64,000 bases of DNA from Amphiscolops sp. MND2022 (lineage: Eukaryota): the NCBI GenBank assembly GCA_964187785.1, contig OZ076418.1, positions 26,784,001 through 26,848,000 on the forward strand. Reading direction: 5' to 3'. Under the pieces are notes generated by a model. The model had not been told where the DNA came from. It saw only the letters and a list, made by a program, of their open reading frames with translations, and ran no database searches. Positions 1 through 11,005 of this stretch are shown here, one piece after another (the stretch's first letter is position 1; every line of letters begins with the position of its first letter). The translations under genes and the position numbers were made by a program.

Positions 1-3000
1 TCAAATCATTGACTCCCAGTTGTCGTACGTCTTCTTTATTCCATTTTCCTAAGAATTGAAGTTGCATCATCATTTCTTCCCATGGTACAGCCGGCCCTAT
101 GAAAGGCCCATTTTCCGAGCTTGTTGTTGTTTGTGCTTTTGAAGAACCCAATCGCCTTTCCATCACAATCTTTGCATAAAGGATGCCAGTTGTCAATTGA
201 ACACTTTCGACCATTCCATGTAATAGGTTTGAGCTATGTTCAAACTTCAATACTCGTTTCTCGAATTGCTTGCGGTGGCCATTGCTCAGTTTGGGTTTGG
301 TGTACGCATTAAGGTTAGCTTGTGCCACTGCATCCATTCCCGAATTTCCATCACCTAACCAATTGTTACAATTTTCCCTGTCGTTTGGAATGATTTTGTC
401 CAGCAGTTTTTCTTTCAACTCAACATCGTGTTTTCTCCAAAATGACATCTTTACGGCTTTTATTTCATCACTTGCGTTGTCTTTAGACGGTTGGTTGCGT
501 TTCAACAGATCACTGGAGTGTCTTCGATACATCACTACGCCACTTGGAACTTCATGAAGTTTAATTTGGCGCGTACTAATGAACCCAATTTCTCTGTCTA
601 ACTGAGAACACTTTTTTCTTTCTTCAAGTGTTAAGCTGATGGCAGCAACATTCATTGCTTGCAATTGCGTTGCATACTTCTCTTTGACAAGCTGTTGTAC
701 AGATGCGAAACCTTTACTTTGTTTCAGCAAATCAAGCGTAACACAGATTTTTTGGAATGATTTTGTCCAGCAGTTTTTCTTTCAACTCAACATCGTGTTT
801 TCTCCAAAATGACATCTTTACGGCTTTTATTTCATCACTTGCGTTGTCTTTAGACGGTTGGTTGCGTTTCAACAGATCACTGGAGTGTCTTCGATACATC
901 ACTACGCCACTTGGAACTTCATGAAGTTTAATTTGGCGCGTACTAATGAACCCAATTTCTCTGTCTAACTGAGAACACTTTTTTCTTTCTTCAAGTGTTA
1001 AGCTGATGGCAGCAACATTCATTGCTTGCAATTGCGTTGCATACTTCTCTTTGACAAGCTGTTGTACAGATGCGAAACCTTTACTTTGTTTCAGCAAATC
1101 AAGCGTAACACAGATTTTTTCCGAGGTTTGAAAGTTTGATGTAATTGCGACACGTTCATGTTCGTTCTTTTCTTCTGTAATTGAGAACTCCTTGTTCTTT
1201 TCTTGTTTGACAATATTATGATCACCTGCAACAAGTTGCATTTCTTCTTGCCAGACTTGCTCGATTTCTACGTGGAGGGTTTCGGTGCTGATTTCCTGCC
1301 AGTTGCGTTCTACAACGAAAAGGTCCGGTGAGTTCTTCTTATTTGCCTCGAACCCCGCGGAAACACTGCAGGTGGGGGGATACAACCCCATGCTCCATCG
1401 CGTTTTCATTTGACCCGCTAATGGGTCCAGTTCTGCTGCGAACAAAATTTCAGATGCGAGTTTTGCACTTTCTCGTTGAGGCAAGGGTCCACTGAGCATC
1501 CATCCTAGTTTCGTTCGCACTGCCCAAGGCTTGGCGTTTCCACACTTTCTATAGTCGATTGCTCTATGCAAGTGGTAACAATCTTGTCCCAAGATGACTT
1601 TTACATCTCCCAAGTTGATGGTAGAATCTTTCAACACTGACAGGTGAGGTTATGTTTCTTTTAATTTCTTGAGGTTGTACGTTCGATTTCCTGCATTCAC
1701 ATTGGGATGACTATAGGCCATGATTTCGTCTTTGACCTTTCCGTCTTGATCTCCAATCCTGACTCGAAGTCGTTTGCTACTAATATCTGACGTTCCATGA
1801 ATCCCTGCAACATTCAAATCCACTGGCTGTCCCGTCAGATTTAGCGTTTTCATAATCTCTCGTCCACAAAGGACAGGCTTGCTCCAGAGTCGCACAAAGC
1901 GAACGTTTTCAGGGTTTTGCTCCCACTCCCTATCGTTACTGGGATCACTGGACGCGCTCCACTGCTTTTCATTGATGACAAGTTGGAGACCTCATCGACA
2001 CTTTCAGTATTTTGCTTTTGTTCCACGTCCTTGTATGATCTGTGTAGCAGTCTGTGATGAGGTTTTCCGCAACCGTTGACGTCACAGAGTCTACCAGAGC
2101 AATTTCTCATCTGATGCGCGTCTGACAAGCACTTGAAGCACAGCTTCAGTTCTTTCGCTTTTTGTCTTCTTTCTCCGACGTTCATTTTCTTGAACTTTTC
2201 GCATTTCCAAATTGGGTGTTGACCATCTTTCAACACACACTCTCGTTGAGTTTTCGAATTGTCAATTGATGTGTTTGTTGACGATGTTGCAAACGTAGAG
2301 CCTTCGGCCTTTTCCTTGTAGCTCGTCTTCGCGCGATCACCATTTGGATTCGGATGAAATATCAATTCATCTTGAACATCTGCTATATCATTGAGCCACT
2401 CACTGAATACAGCGAGTCCCAGTTGATACAGGTTCATTTGCTTGACATAAGTGAGCCACTTCGTTTTCATGTCCAGTGTTAACTTCCTTGTGGCACTGCC
2501 CAGAACTCTTTCTGAGTTTAGGTCGCCCACGTAGTTGAATTGTGTCAGAACGTTCACACAACTCGACACTATTCTCGCAAACTTGATCAATGCGGCTCCA
2601 TCATAAGGTTTCATCGGGGGAAAGGATTATATTCGCTTCAACTGAGCATTTACAACCATCTGCGGTTTTCCAAAGTTTCGTACTAGCACGTTCCACGCCA
2701 CATTGTACATCTCAGCTGTGTATCCAAGGCCAGCAATCGCCTCTTTGACTGACAGCATCTATGACAGTCTTTGTTCTGTCCTTTCCAGTACCTCGACTAG
2801 CGGTTTCGGTGGGTATAGTCGGTTTCACTGAGGGTTTCAAGTCCCTCACGAGCGCGGAGCATCGTCTTTCATGCATCGGTTGTACTGTAATAAATGGTGC
2901 TGAGACGGACGTTTGCTGGTATACAGATGGCACGTTAACCGTCGATGCCACGTTTTCAGCTTCTTCTGTCTTGTCCATCCATCCTGAGACTTTCGTCAGA

Positions 3001-3996
3001 TCGTCATCTGGAGTCCCGACCGGTGATATACTTCGTTAACTAGACCCACAACTGCTCGACGCTTGCGCAATTTGTATTTCCTTTTCGGCAATTTTGGCTT
3101 TGCGGACCAGCTCTTCTTGCAGGTCAGCTATTTCCATTTGCTTTAGCTGCGTCAGGCGAGCTTGCAGCTCTTCTTGTTCTTTCAAAGCTTTCAGTTCCAA
3201 GTGGAGAACTCGTCTTGCACTTGATGTTTTCGGAATCACAGATGTTTTATTGCTTTTTGTTTTGTCACCTTGCGAATCTATACTCATTTCTTCTAGTTGC
3301 AGTGATCTAGCTCTATTTCTTGGCTCTCGTCTGTCATCCGCGATGTGACCATCATCGTGTCCTTTTTGCGCATCGTCTGGTTGTGTTTCTTTTTGTGACG
3401 AGGTACCATTTTTACTGAATTTGTCTGCTGCCGAGTTTACACGAGCGTCTGCTAGTCTTTGTTCAGCGTCTTCAAGTCTTCGCAAAATGGCTCCCTCGTC
3501 TCCTGAATTCAGCAGAGCTTCAATTTTTGTTTTAATGTCAGACCTTTTCTGCAGCAATTCTTGACACGCTGCAGCATAATCTTCTTCGTTGGCGTCATTG
3601 CCATTTGCGATTGAATCCTCCCGCAACTTTTCGTTGCTAACCATTAGTTTATCAATAGCACGTTTCTTTTCGTCAAGATCCAAGTAGTTTAGTATCTGAT
3701 TTTTGTCTTGCAATGCTGACATCAGTATTTTTACCCTTCCAATGCTAGAGCATTGATGCTGCAACTCAACTCTGCATTGCTTTGTTCGCTGCTGAGAACA
3801 TTTCGGGTATCTGCGGTTGGTACTTGACTTTGATTGCATTTTCGACTGCTTTAATGAACCGATCTCTCTTATTCATGGCATCTGTTCGTCCTAACAGCAA
3901 ATCTGCTATCTGCTTGTCGTCACCATTGCTAGCTAGGTTCTCATCAATTTCTTTGACAGTCTTACCGTGTTCGACAGCTGCATTCCAATAACTCAA
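1..3996 (-). pseudogene. Disrupted gag-protease-(unknown domain) polyprotein of BEL/Pao element 1
   Basis: Consecutive minus-strand ORF pieces 3766-3996, 3036-3839, 2712-2978, 1850-2614, 1650-1895, 732-1637 separated by frameshifts, stops and a deletion near 2750; the frame stays open from 384 to base 1. Confidence 0.85.
384..1117. repeat. 367-bp direct tandem duplication (384-750 and 751-1117)
   Basis: Matching landmarks at constant offset 367 (caacatcgtg at 421 and 788; aagcgtaaca at 734 and 1101); T-run at the junction. Confidence 0.95.
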
Positions 3997-4103
3997 CGTT
4001 TGGGTTTTGTCAGCAGAGTTCTTCAGGAAGTTTCAATTTTGTTGATATCGAACCGTTTTGGTTCTGTCATCTCTTCTCTTGTCGATTGAACTCAGTTCCC
4101 AAA

Positions 4104-4295
4104 GACACAATAGCCCAAACTCCCAGAGATACAATAGCCCAATCTCCCAGAGACACAGTAGCCCAATCTCCCACAGACACAGTAGCCCAATCTCCCACAG
4201 ACACAGTAGCCCAATCTCCCAGAGACACAGTTGCCCAATCTCCCAGAGACACAGTAGCCCAATCTCCCAGAGTCACAATAGCCCAATCTTCCAGA
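4104..4295. repeat. Minisatellite, 8 x 24 bp (GACACAGTAGCCCAATCTCCCAGA) in the leader of BEL element 1
   Basis: Directly visible head-to-tail units with 0-4 substitutions and no spacers. Confidence 0.95.
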
Positions 4296-4394
4296 GACAC
4301 GAAATCAGAGACTCCAAGACCCAGTTCTTGGGCAATCTTCTGTTGTCTACCAACGAGTCGTCTTCTTCTAGTCCGGGTCGTCCACCAACGAGTC

Positions 4395-4412
4395 GTCCGG
4401 GTCGGCGGACCA
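4395..4412 (-). promoter_or_regulatory. Primer-binding site, probably tRNA-Tyr
   Basis: Minus strand TGGTCCGCCGACCCGGAC directly after the LTR-terminal CA; resembles the tRNA-Tyr-type BEL PBS TGGTCCTTCGAGCCGG. Confidence 0.75.
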
Positions 4413-4414
4413 AA

Positions 4415-5002
4415 TGTAACGGCTGCTTGCCTTTATCCTGCGCTGAGGCTTGACAAACTTTACGGCGCCCTGATCCGTTGCCTAGTGCAGTGGACCGTCA
4501 CTAAACAATTCCTGGTTTTTCGGGTTTTAAAGGACTGTATCTTTTGGCTTGATGGGTCCGATGTGACCCGTGGAATCTTCTGCGATTCCTCTTTTCACTG
4601 AATTGGATCCGATGTGATCCTGCACACCTTTCCCTCACAGTATCTTCACGCGCTCCGGCTCTCCAACTATGAGAGTAGCTACTTAGTCGCTCTAACTCTA
4701 GCGAAAAGTTGTGAAGATTGAGAAGTTGATTAATTAATCTCTTGGTCCTAAAACCCAACTTGACTATAGCTATTCAGTGGAGAAAATCTCTATCTAATAA
4801 TGGTATAAATGTGGTTTACAATTCTACAGTAAATATAAGCAAATATCAGTTGAAAAATGCGGTATAAATTAATGACATTTAAGTGAATTATTAAAGTAAT
4901 TGGCTATGTAAACAAACTATGTGGTGGTTTTGGCATGTTGGTCAGGTGGGTTAGAAAGTATGTTTAAACAATGTAAACATCATTAATTGCAACGGAGTTA
5001 CA
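4415..5002 (-). repeat. 5' LTR of BEL/Pao element 1 (588 bp)
   Basis: Begins TGTAAC (4415) and ends GTTACA (5002), a 6-bp terminal inverted repeat; lies 2 nt from the PBS. Confidence 0.8.
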
Positions 5003-5959
5003 TTTCCTTCAAGGTCATAAGAGAAAACCACATAATAATTAATACATCAATTTTGGGTAATTCATAAGGTCCGACCTAGGTCACTTTGGGTGTTAATTGC
5101 TCTGAACCCAGGGGAGATACGGTGAAGGTTGGTTCGAGTGAAAAGTTAGTGTATCACCACCACTATATGTGTGCCAAGTTTCGAGATTGTTGAATGAGTG
5201 GTTCGTCCGGACGGGGGGTGGTGTTTTATTGGGATGCACCATTTCTGATGAGATGAGACTTGTAATTTTCCAACTAAAAGCTTGACAAAATTTCTAAGAG
5301 TTTTGAGTTATAAGTTTCTTCAGTCACGTTCGAACTTGAATTTTTGATCTCGCAATTGACTGGCGCCAACATAATCTGCTCCAAAGAAGTCACAGAGTGC
5401 CAAAATTCCTTTTTACTTGTTTTCCATCTCGTAGGTGATGTAAAATTTTTACAGCCTGGACAGTCAATTTGATTGACCACTCAACTAGCAAACAATTTAT
5501 GAACAGGTGATTTGCGTGATTGCGAAATACTTCTCAAATTTCTGGTTAGAAATACAGATGTTTTGTTGTACTCGCGCGTTTTTTCTCGCAAACTGATCTG
5601 ATTCGTTTTCACGGTACTGCAAATAAAACACTGGCTGCTTGTCGCGAGTTTTTCTCCCATTAACTCCTGGTCTTGATACGGCATTCTACTCCGACTAAAG
5701 GACTTTATTCCCTTTGATGAAAGGCATATTAGAACGTTATGAATGGTAATTTACAAACGATGACATTAAGTATGAAAAATTAAGAACGACAGATGCTACA
5801 AAAGCATTTAATAAACCATGAGCTAGTACATTTGAGTGATTAGTTTTGAAACTGTTTTAATATGGAGTTGAAATCAAAGATCGGGATGCCTTTGAAACTA
5901 TCGCTGTGAATCTAAGAGCAATATCTATTACCACTGAGGAAAAGCAAGCAGATTGACTC

Positions 5960-8900
5960 ATCAGTTCCAAATATCTTTTACTCAACACTCGTGGTTTTGA
6001 TACCGTCGCAAAGCAAAACAATTATTGGTTTTTGTTAATGTTTATAACATGGATATCTTACTAATAACCGAAGCATGGTGGACTGAGAATATGAGCTGTT
6101 CTCTTTTTGGCATGTTCAAATCTATTGCAAGAAGTCATAGACAAAATGGTCCTCGTGGAAGTATTGCTGTTCTCAGCAGCTTAACTTGCAGACGAAATTA
6201 ATTCAGATGATTTTGATTTTGCAGCTGCTGCTATTATTCAGTTTACTGGTGATTCAGCTCTTTTGATCATTTTGGTTTATCTACCGTATCATAGTCCTTA
6301 TCAAGTTTCTTTTAATGACATGGAACGTTTATTCGACACAATCTTAAGTTCTCTTCACAAAAAACTCACTTCAGCTCAATACTCTCACTCTGTGTGCGTC
6401 TTGGGAGATTTCAATTTTCCGTCAGCTGATTGGAATCTAATGCACAGCCACCGTAACCGAGGACAACAGTTTCCTAATATTTTTTCTGAGTGCGGATTGT
6501 CGCCGCTAATACTGAACGAAAGCACACATTGTGCTGGTAACAACCTTGATAATATCCTATGTGACCTACACGCTGTCCCTCTATCCTTTGAGATCATGGG
6601 TACAAATGACATTCGTGATCGATATCCAATATTTCTGAACTTAGAGAATGCTGTCCAACCCAACTTTTCACGTATGGTAGTACTCTACTTCACGAGTTGT
6701 GAGGAGATGGAAGTTTTCAAAAAATCGTGGACTCACTTCACATACGAGTCCTATCCAAGTAGAGCAAATGTGGTTGATTTTTACAATTATCTCCGGTATA
6801 GTATTGAAATTTCATTCAGTAAAAAGAGGAAAAAACGCTTAGCCAACCCGTTTTACTACACTTCTAATACAAAGCATACGCTCAACAAAACGAACACAGC
6901 GAGAAGAAAAACTGTAGAAATCCAAGTGAAACTATCATTGAATCTGTCGAAGAACTCCAAGTGCAGTTTAGTTCGGAATTGGACCGAATGTTATTCGTTG
7001 CTGGAGCTTCGACAAACACTCTGCTGGCTGTTTCAGTCTTATAAACAGCCTCAAGACAAATACATATCCTATGGTGATGAGCTATCTTGACGACCGCTTG
7101 AAGAAAGTTCCTCAAATAGCAAATGCTTTTAATATTTACTTCTCCAGCAATTTCAATCATGCAGAAATTCCAGCTACAGTTCATGAATCAGATAACTCAG
7201 TCGAACTCGATGATATTCTTGTATCCTTAAATCCCTCAATTATTCGTGAGATGATACTCGATATAAAAAAATCCCCGACAATTACAAATGATTTTCTCCC
7301 CCCTAAGTTATTGAAACTCTCTCCTGATGTTTGTGTAACCCTTTTTCATTTTTTTGCTCGTTAATTCTCACGAGATCTTACCCTGAAGTTTGGAAAAGTG
7401 CTTTGATACAACCAGTTTTCAAGAATAAGGCTGAAAACCTCATTTTAATTACCGTCCAATTAGTCTCCTACAGAAATGCTCGCTATTGTTTGAAAAACTG
7501 GTCTAGAGGCGCATTTAGAGCCACGTTTGGATGAAAATACACCCTAAACAATTCGGCTTTCAGTCAAGAAAAAATTCTGACTTACAGTTAATGGACTACC
7601 TAGAATATGCCCATCGAAGGAAGACCGTGGTTACTTATACTGTGTACCTAAATTATGAAAAAGCATTTGATAAGGTTCCTTACACAATTCTCTTGAGTAA
7701 GCTCCGTACGTTTGGTCTGGATGAAAGTTTCATTGAACTACTATCCAGCTATTTGAAAGATCGGATTCAGAATGTTAAAATTGATAACCATGTCTCTGGC
7801 TCAGTCAACATCGCGAGTGGAGTTCCTCAAGGCTCCGTCCTGGGCCCTTTTTTCTTTGTTTTATTCATAAATGATTTGCCTTCTCTTTTCTTAGACTGCA
7901 TAACATGGCTATTTGCTGATGACTTGAAGCATCTTTTCAACTCTCTCAATATCCATTTTGATTTGGCAAGGTTATCCAACTGGAAGGTCTCATTTGGTAT
8001 GATAGCTATTTCCAGCAAATCTAAGTGTTTACCTTTTGCTGACAAACCAGCTGTTCTTCTAAACGCATCTGAGTCGTTGAAAAATGTAAAACTTCACAAA
8101 GATGTCGGTATTTTCATAGCCAGCGATTTAAAATGGCCTAGTTATGTACAAATTCAGCTCAAAAAGCTCGAAAGGCATTTTTCTCTTTTAGGCATCAGAT
8201 TCATTTTAATACTCCCTCCAAAACGAAGCTGAATATATACACTTCTATGGTGTTATGCATTCTCCTCTATGGAATTCCTGCTTGGCATCCTGATGTGAGG
8301 AGGATGAAAGAAATGGAAAAATTTCAAAAATACTGCCTCCCTTGGGTTTTTGCTTCTATATTACGATATGAACAGCAGTTGAAAAGCTACAATATCCTGG
8401 CCGTGTGTTATCAAATTGAACTTCTTCCATTCACAATGGCATCCAAAAAGTTTTTTATTATTATTATTATTGTTAATAGGGCTTCGTGGATATGCCACTG
8501 CGAAATTTTACCCCGCTATTACAATCTAGGATTGGCACGACAGTCCACACATAAGCAAATAAATATCCAAGTTTAGGAATTGTTTTCAGTGTAATGTTTG
8601 TTAAAATACATCCACATATATTCAAGTAGTTTCTTCTTGAGATTCTCGGGTTGAAGAAATCGAGAGATCTTTGCACGACATTTATTCTGAATCCAGTTCT
8701 GTACCAAACATTCTGCCTCTGTATTTCATATCTAGTGTTTTGAAGCACAACACGTCTCCTTCTACCGCTGTTTGTGATTTTGAATTCTTTCGAGAAATCC
8801 ACATTGTATCTTCCTTCCAGTATGTTACTGAAAAGTGAAAGGTCTTTGAGCACTTTAAAGTAGAGTGGTGGTAATAAGTTTGATTGGACCAAAGCATCCT

Positions 8901-9540
8901 TAAAATCCAAGTTCCCGCAAATACACTGCAAAACTTTTTTGTTGAATGTTTCAATGATTTTGAAACTAGTTTTTCTTAGTTCCCAGCATTCGGATGCAAA
9001 AAGTACCGACGCTGTTATATTTGTTCGGTAGAGATGGGCTTTACTTTGGGTACAAATGATCGGGGACGTACTTCTTCTTAGCAGAAAGAAAGATTTTGCT
9101 GCCTTCCCAACTCTAACTTTGACGTGCTCGGTCCAGTTTAGTGATTCGTCTATCATCAGGCCGACGTCACGAACAAGGCTTTTGTGGTTTAAACTTCGAC
9201 CCTTCATATTGAAACAAACTTCTTCGAGAGTGTTCTTATTTCTGCCGAACTGAAATTCGCTGATTGAACAACGTTTGTTCAATTGTTTAGTGGGCGGTAT
9301 CTGTATGACTTTGCTACCCATATTGACTTTCGTGTTTATCATCGAACCTTAAGAACTCAAGCCATTAGTTTGATTAAATGTAACTACCACTCACTGGCTC
9401 ATCAAAAATCCCTTTTCTCCAGAGCTGCTGAAATGATCAATTTTCTTTACAGACATAAAGTCATTATTGGGCTGGATACTATGAATTTCAAGCTGTTAAA
9501 AAACAGCAGTTAGAAAACAGCAATATTTGATGCTAAAAAA
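5960..9540 (+). mobile_element. Decayed non-LTR retrotransposon (CR1/L2-like) ORF2: APE endonuclease plus RT, interrupted by a second LINE
   Basis: APE motifs ITEAW, VLGDFNFP, GNNLD; RT motifs QFGFQ, YEKAFDKVP, GVPQGSVLGP, FADDLK; the RT C-terminus resumes near 9300 (SGRYLYDF...FSRAAEMIN). Confidence 0.85.
8452..9300 (-). mobile_element. 5'-truncated LINE (RT C-terminal region) inserted in the opposite orientation into the first LINE
   Basis: ORF 8473-9342 with VRDVGLMIDESLNWTEHV, typical of the CR1/L2 RT C-terminus; (TAA)n tail seen as ttattattattatt at about 8455-8470. Confidence 0.8.
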
Positions 9541-10661
9541 TTTCTGTTCTGATCTTGTTTGCTCTCATTACATATGTTGTGCTTGCAACTCTTGTAAGTT
9601 TATTAAGAGTGTCAGTTGAAATTTTGTTTTCTCGGAATGGGAATTAAGTCTTTCTCTCTCTACAAGACTTGAAAATAGAAAATGAGCAGTGCCGTCAACA
9701 GTTTTACAATGAGGACACATCGATTTTTACAGTTATTCATTTCTGAAGAATACTTTCGCTGGTGACTTCCCAAAGCTCCAAATATCCATAGCTCCGAAAA
9801 CAAAATCGAGTGCCATTACTCCAAAAATTAATTCTAGTTGACAAAATAAACAAATCAAGCAAATTGGGCTAGTGGCTTGAATGAGTAGTTTGTTGGTAGT
9901 TTTTTTGATACTGGTCTACTGAGATAGAGGTTGGTATGGGGTTTCCTACTTTCGTTGCAGACCACGGGTGTGTGTCTTCTCCCCTAACATGATGACACAC
10001 AACGCGTTTGGTTGATGACGAAGATCCATGGTATCTGATAGAGAAAGAAAGAAAATCAAGCAAAGAATGAAAGTTCAACTGGTGCTCTCGTTCCGCTCCG
10101 CCCCACAATTTGAAAATCCTAAAATGGCTCTTTATTTTCAAATGTGGTCCGTTGAAGCGGCGGATTCCCAAAGCGTCGAAATTTTGCAAGCTATTCATCG
10201 CGCCGAAAAATAAATATTGAACGCTTCTGATTGGTTGAAAATTGAAATAGGAAAGAATTAAATTTGTAGAATTTGTGTGCTACACAGCATCGAACTAATT
10301 ATGATAACGTAGTCAGCTATGTTCACATACTCCTAGTGCCAAAAATGCAGGAGCGGAGCAAATCGGAGCTACGTGCCAATGGCCATGCCTCAATGTTGCT
10401 ACTTGGCGAAGGGAGCGAAGCGACCGAGCCATACAACGAATATGCTAACCTTTTCGAATAATAACCTGAAAATAGTCGCTGATCTGGAGTTTTTCGACGC
10501 GATGAATACCTAACTTTAATTTCGACGCTCTGAATACTTTTGTTTAATTTCGACTCAATTAATAGCCTCCCGTTGATGCCGCCTGTCTCTAATGATTTAC
10601 TGGAAAGCTGTTTCATTTGTTTGTAAATCAAAGTAATTGAATTCAACTGGAGTGAATTCAG

Positions 10662-10760
10662 TTTTAATTTCGGAGCTGTGGCACTAGATTTTAATTTTGG
10701 AGCTATGGCACTGTGTTTTATTTCAGATATCGAACTGAATTTCTAATTCGGAGCTATGAA
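10662..10760. repeat. Short degenerate tandem repeat, about 28 bp x 3-4 (TTTTAATTTCGGAGCTRTGGCACT)
   Basis: Recurrent ttcggagct/ttggagct core at about 28-bp spacing. Confidence 0.6.
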
Positions 10761-10790
10761 TAGTCTCCGCTGTGAATAGTCACAATTTTC

Positions 10791-10929
10791 CCTATTACAA
10801 ATCCTGCATTAGAACACATTGCGTTTTAACGGCCGCTTGCCTCGGATATAGGGCTAAGATATTCATGATGATATTTCTCACTTTTAGCCCTGAATAGGAG
10901 TTAGCGGGCGTTTTGTTTAAAAATAAAGT
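10791..10929. repeat. Copy of a dispersed repeat of about 140 bp, also found at 30365-30383 plus 31252-31376
   Basis: cctattacaaatcctgcattagaacacattgc...ttagccctgaata shared with 31271-31376; gttagcggg..tgtttaaaaataaagt shared with 30365/31252. Confidence 0.8.
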
Positions 10930-11005
10930 GAGGCATCATCTGGCTCAGCTCTAATAGTTTCAGTTCTGTTGGTCTAATTGGAGTCTGGTCTTCTCACTAA
11001 CATGG

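Larger units (their letters stand above)
1..5002 (-). mobile_element. BEL/Pao LTR retrotransposon 1, 5' portion (5' LTR, PBS, gag, protease); runs off the left window edge
   Basis: LTR with TGTAAC/GTTACA termini at 4415-5002 followed (minus strand) by a PBS; gag with CCHC knuckles (CFKCLSDAHQMRNC, CDVNGCGKPHHRLLH), protease motif LCDSGASLSF, and the BEL-typical RTKLGWMLSGP segment. Confidence 0.9.

Noticed and set aside
4104-4295. CRISPR-like array (also considered for 62521-63217)
   Set aside because: Units are contiguous with no unique spacers, there are no cas genes, and the context is eukaryotic
9869-10260. Minus-strand ORF with a nearby CCAAT box as a host exon; the same 15-mer recurs at about 53652
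   Set aside because: No homology recognised and no consistent splice chain; the shared 15-mer is mostly a generic NF-Y site
11001-11005. Shared target preference because the BEL TSD (CATGG) and Gypsy TSD (CCAT) both contain ATGG/CCAT
   Set aside because: Two sites from unrelated integrases are too few to separate from chance
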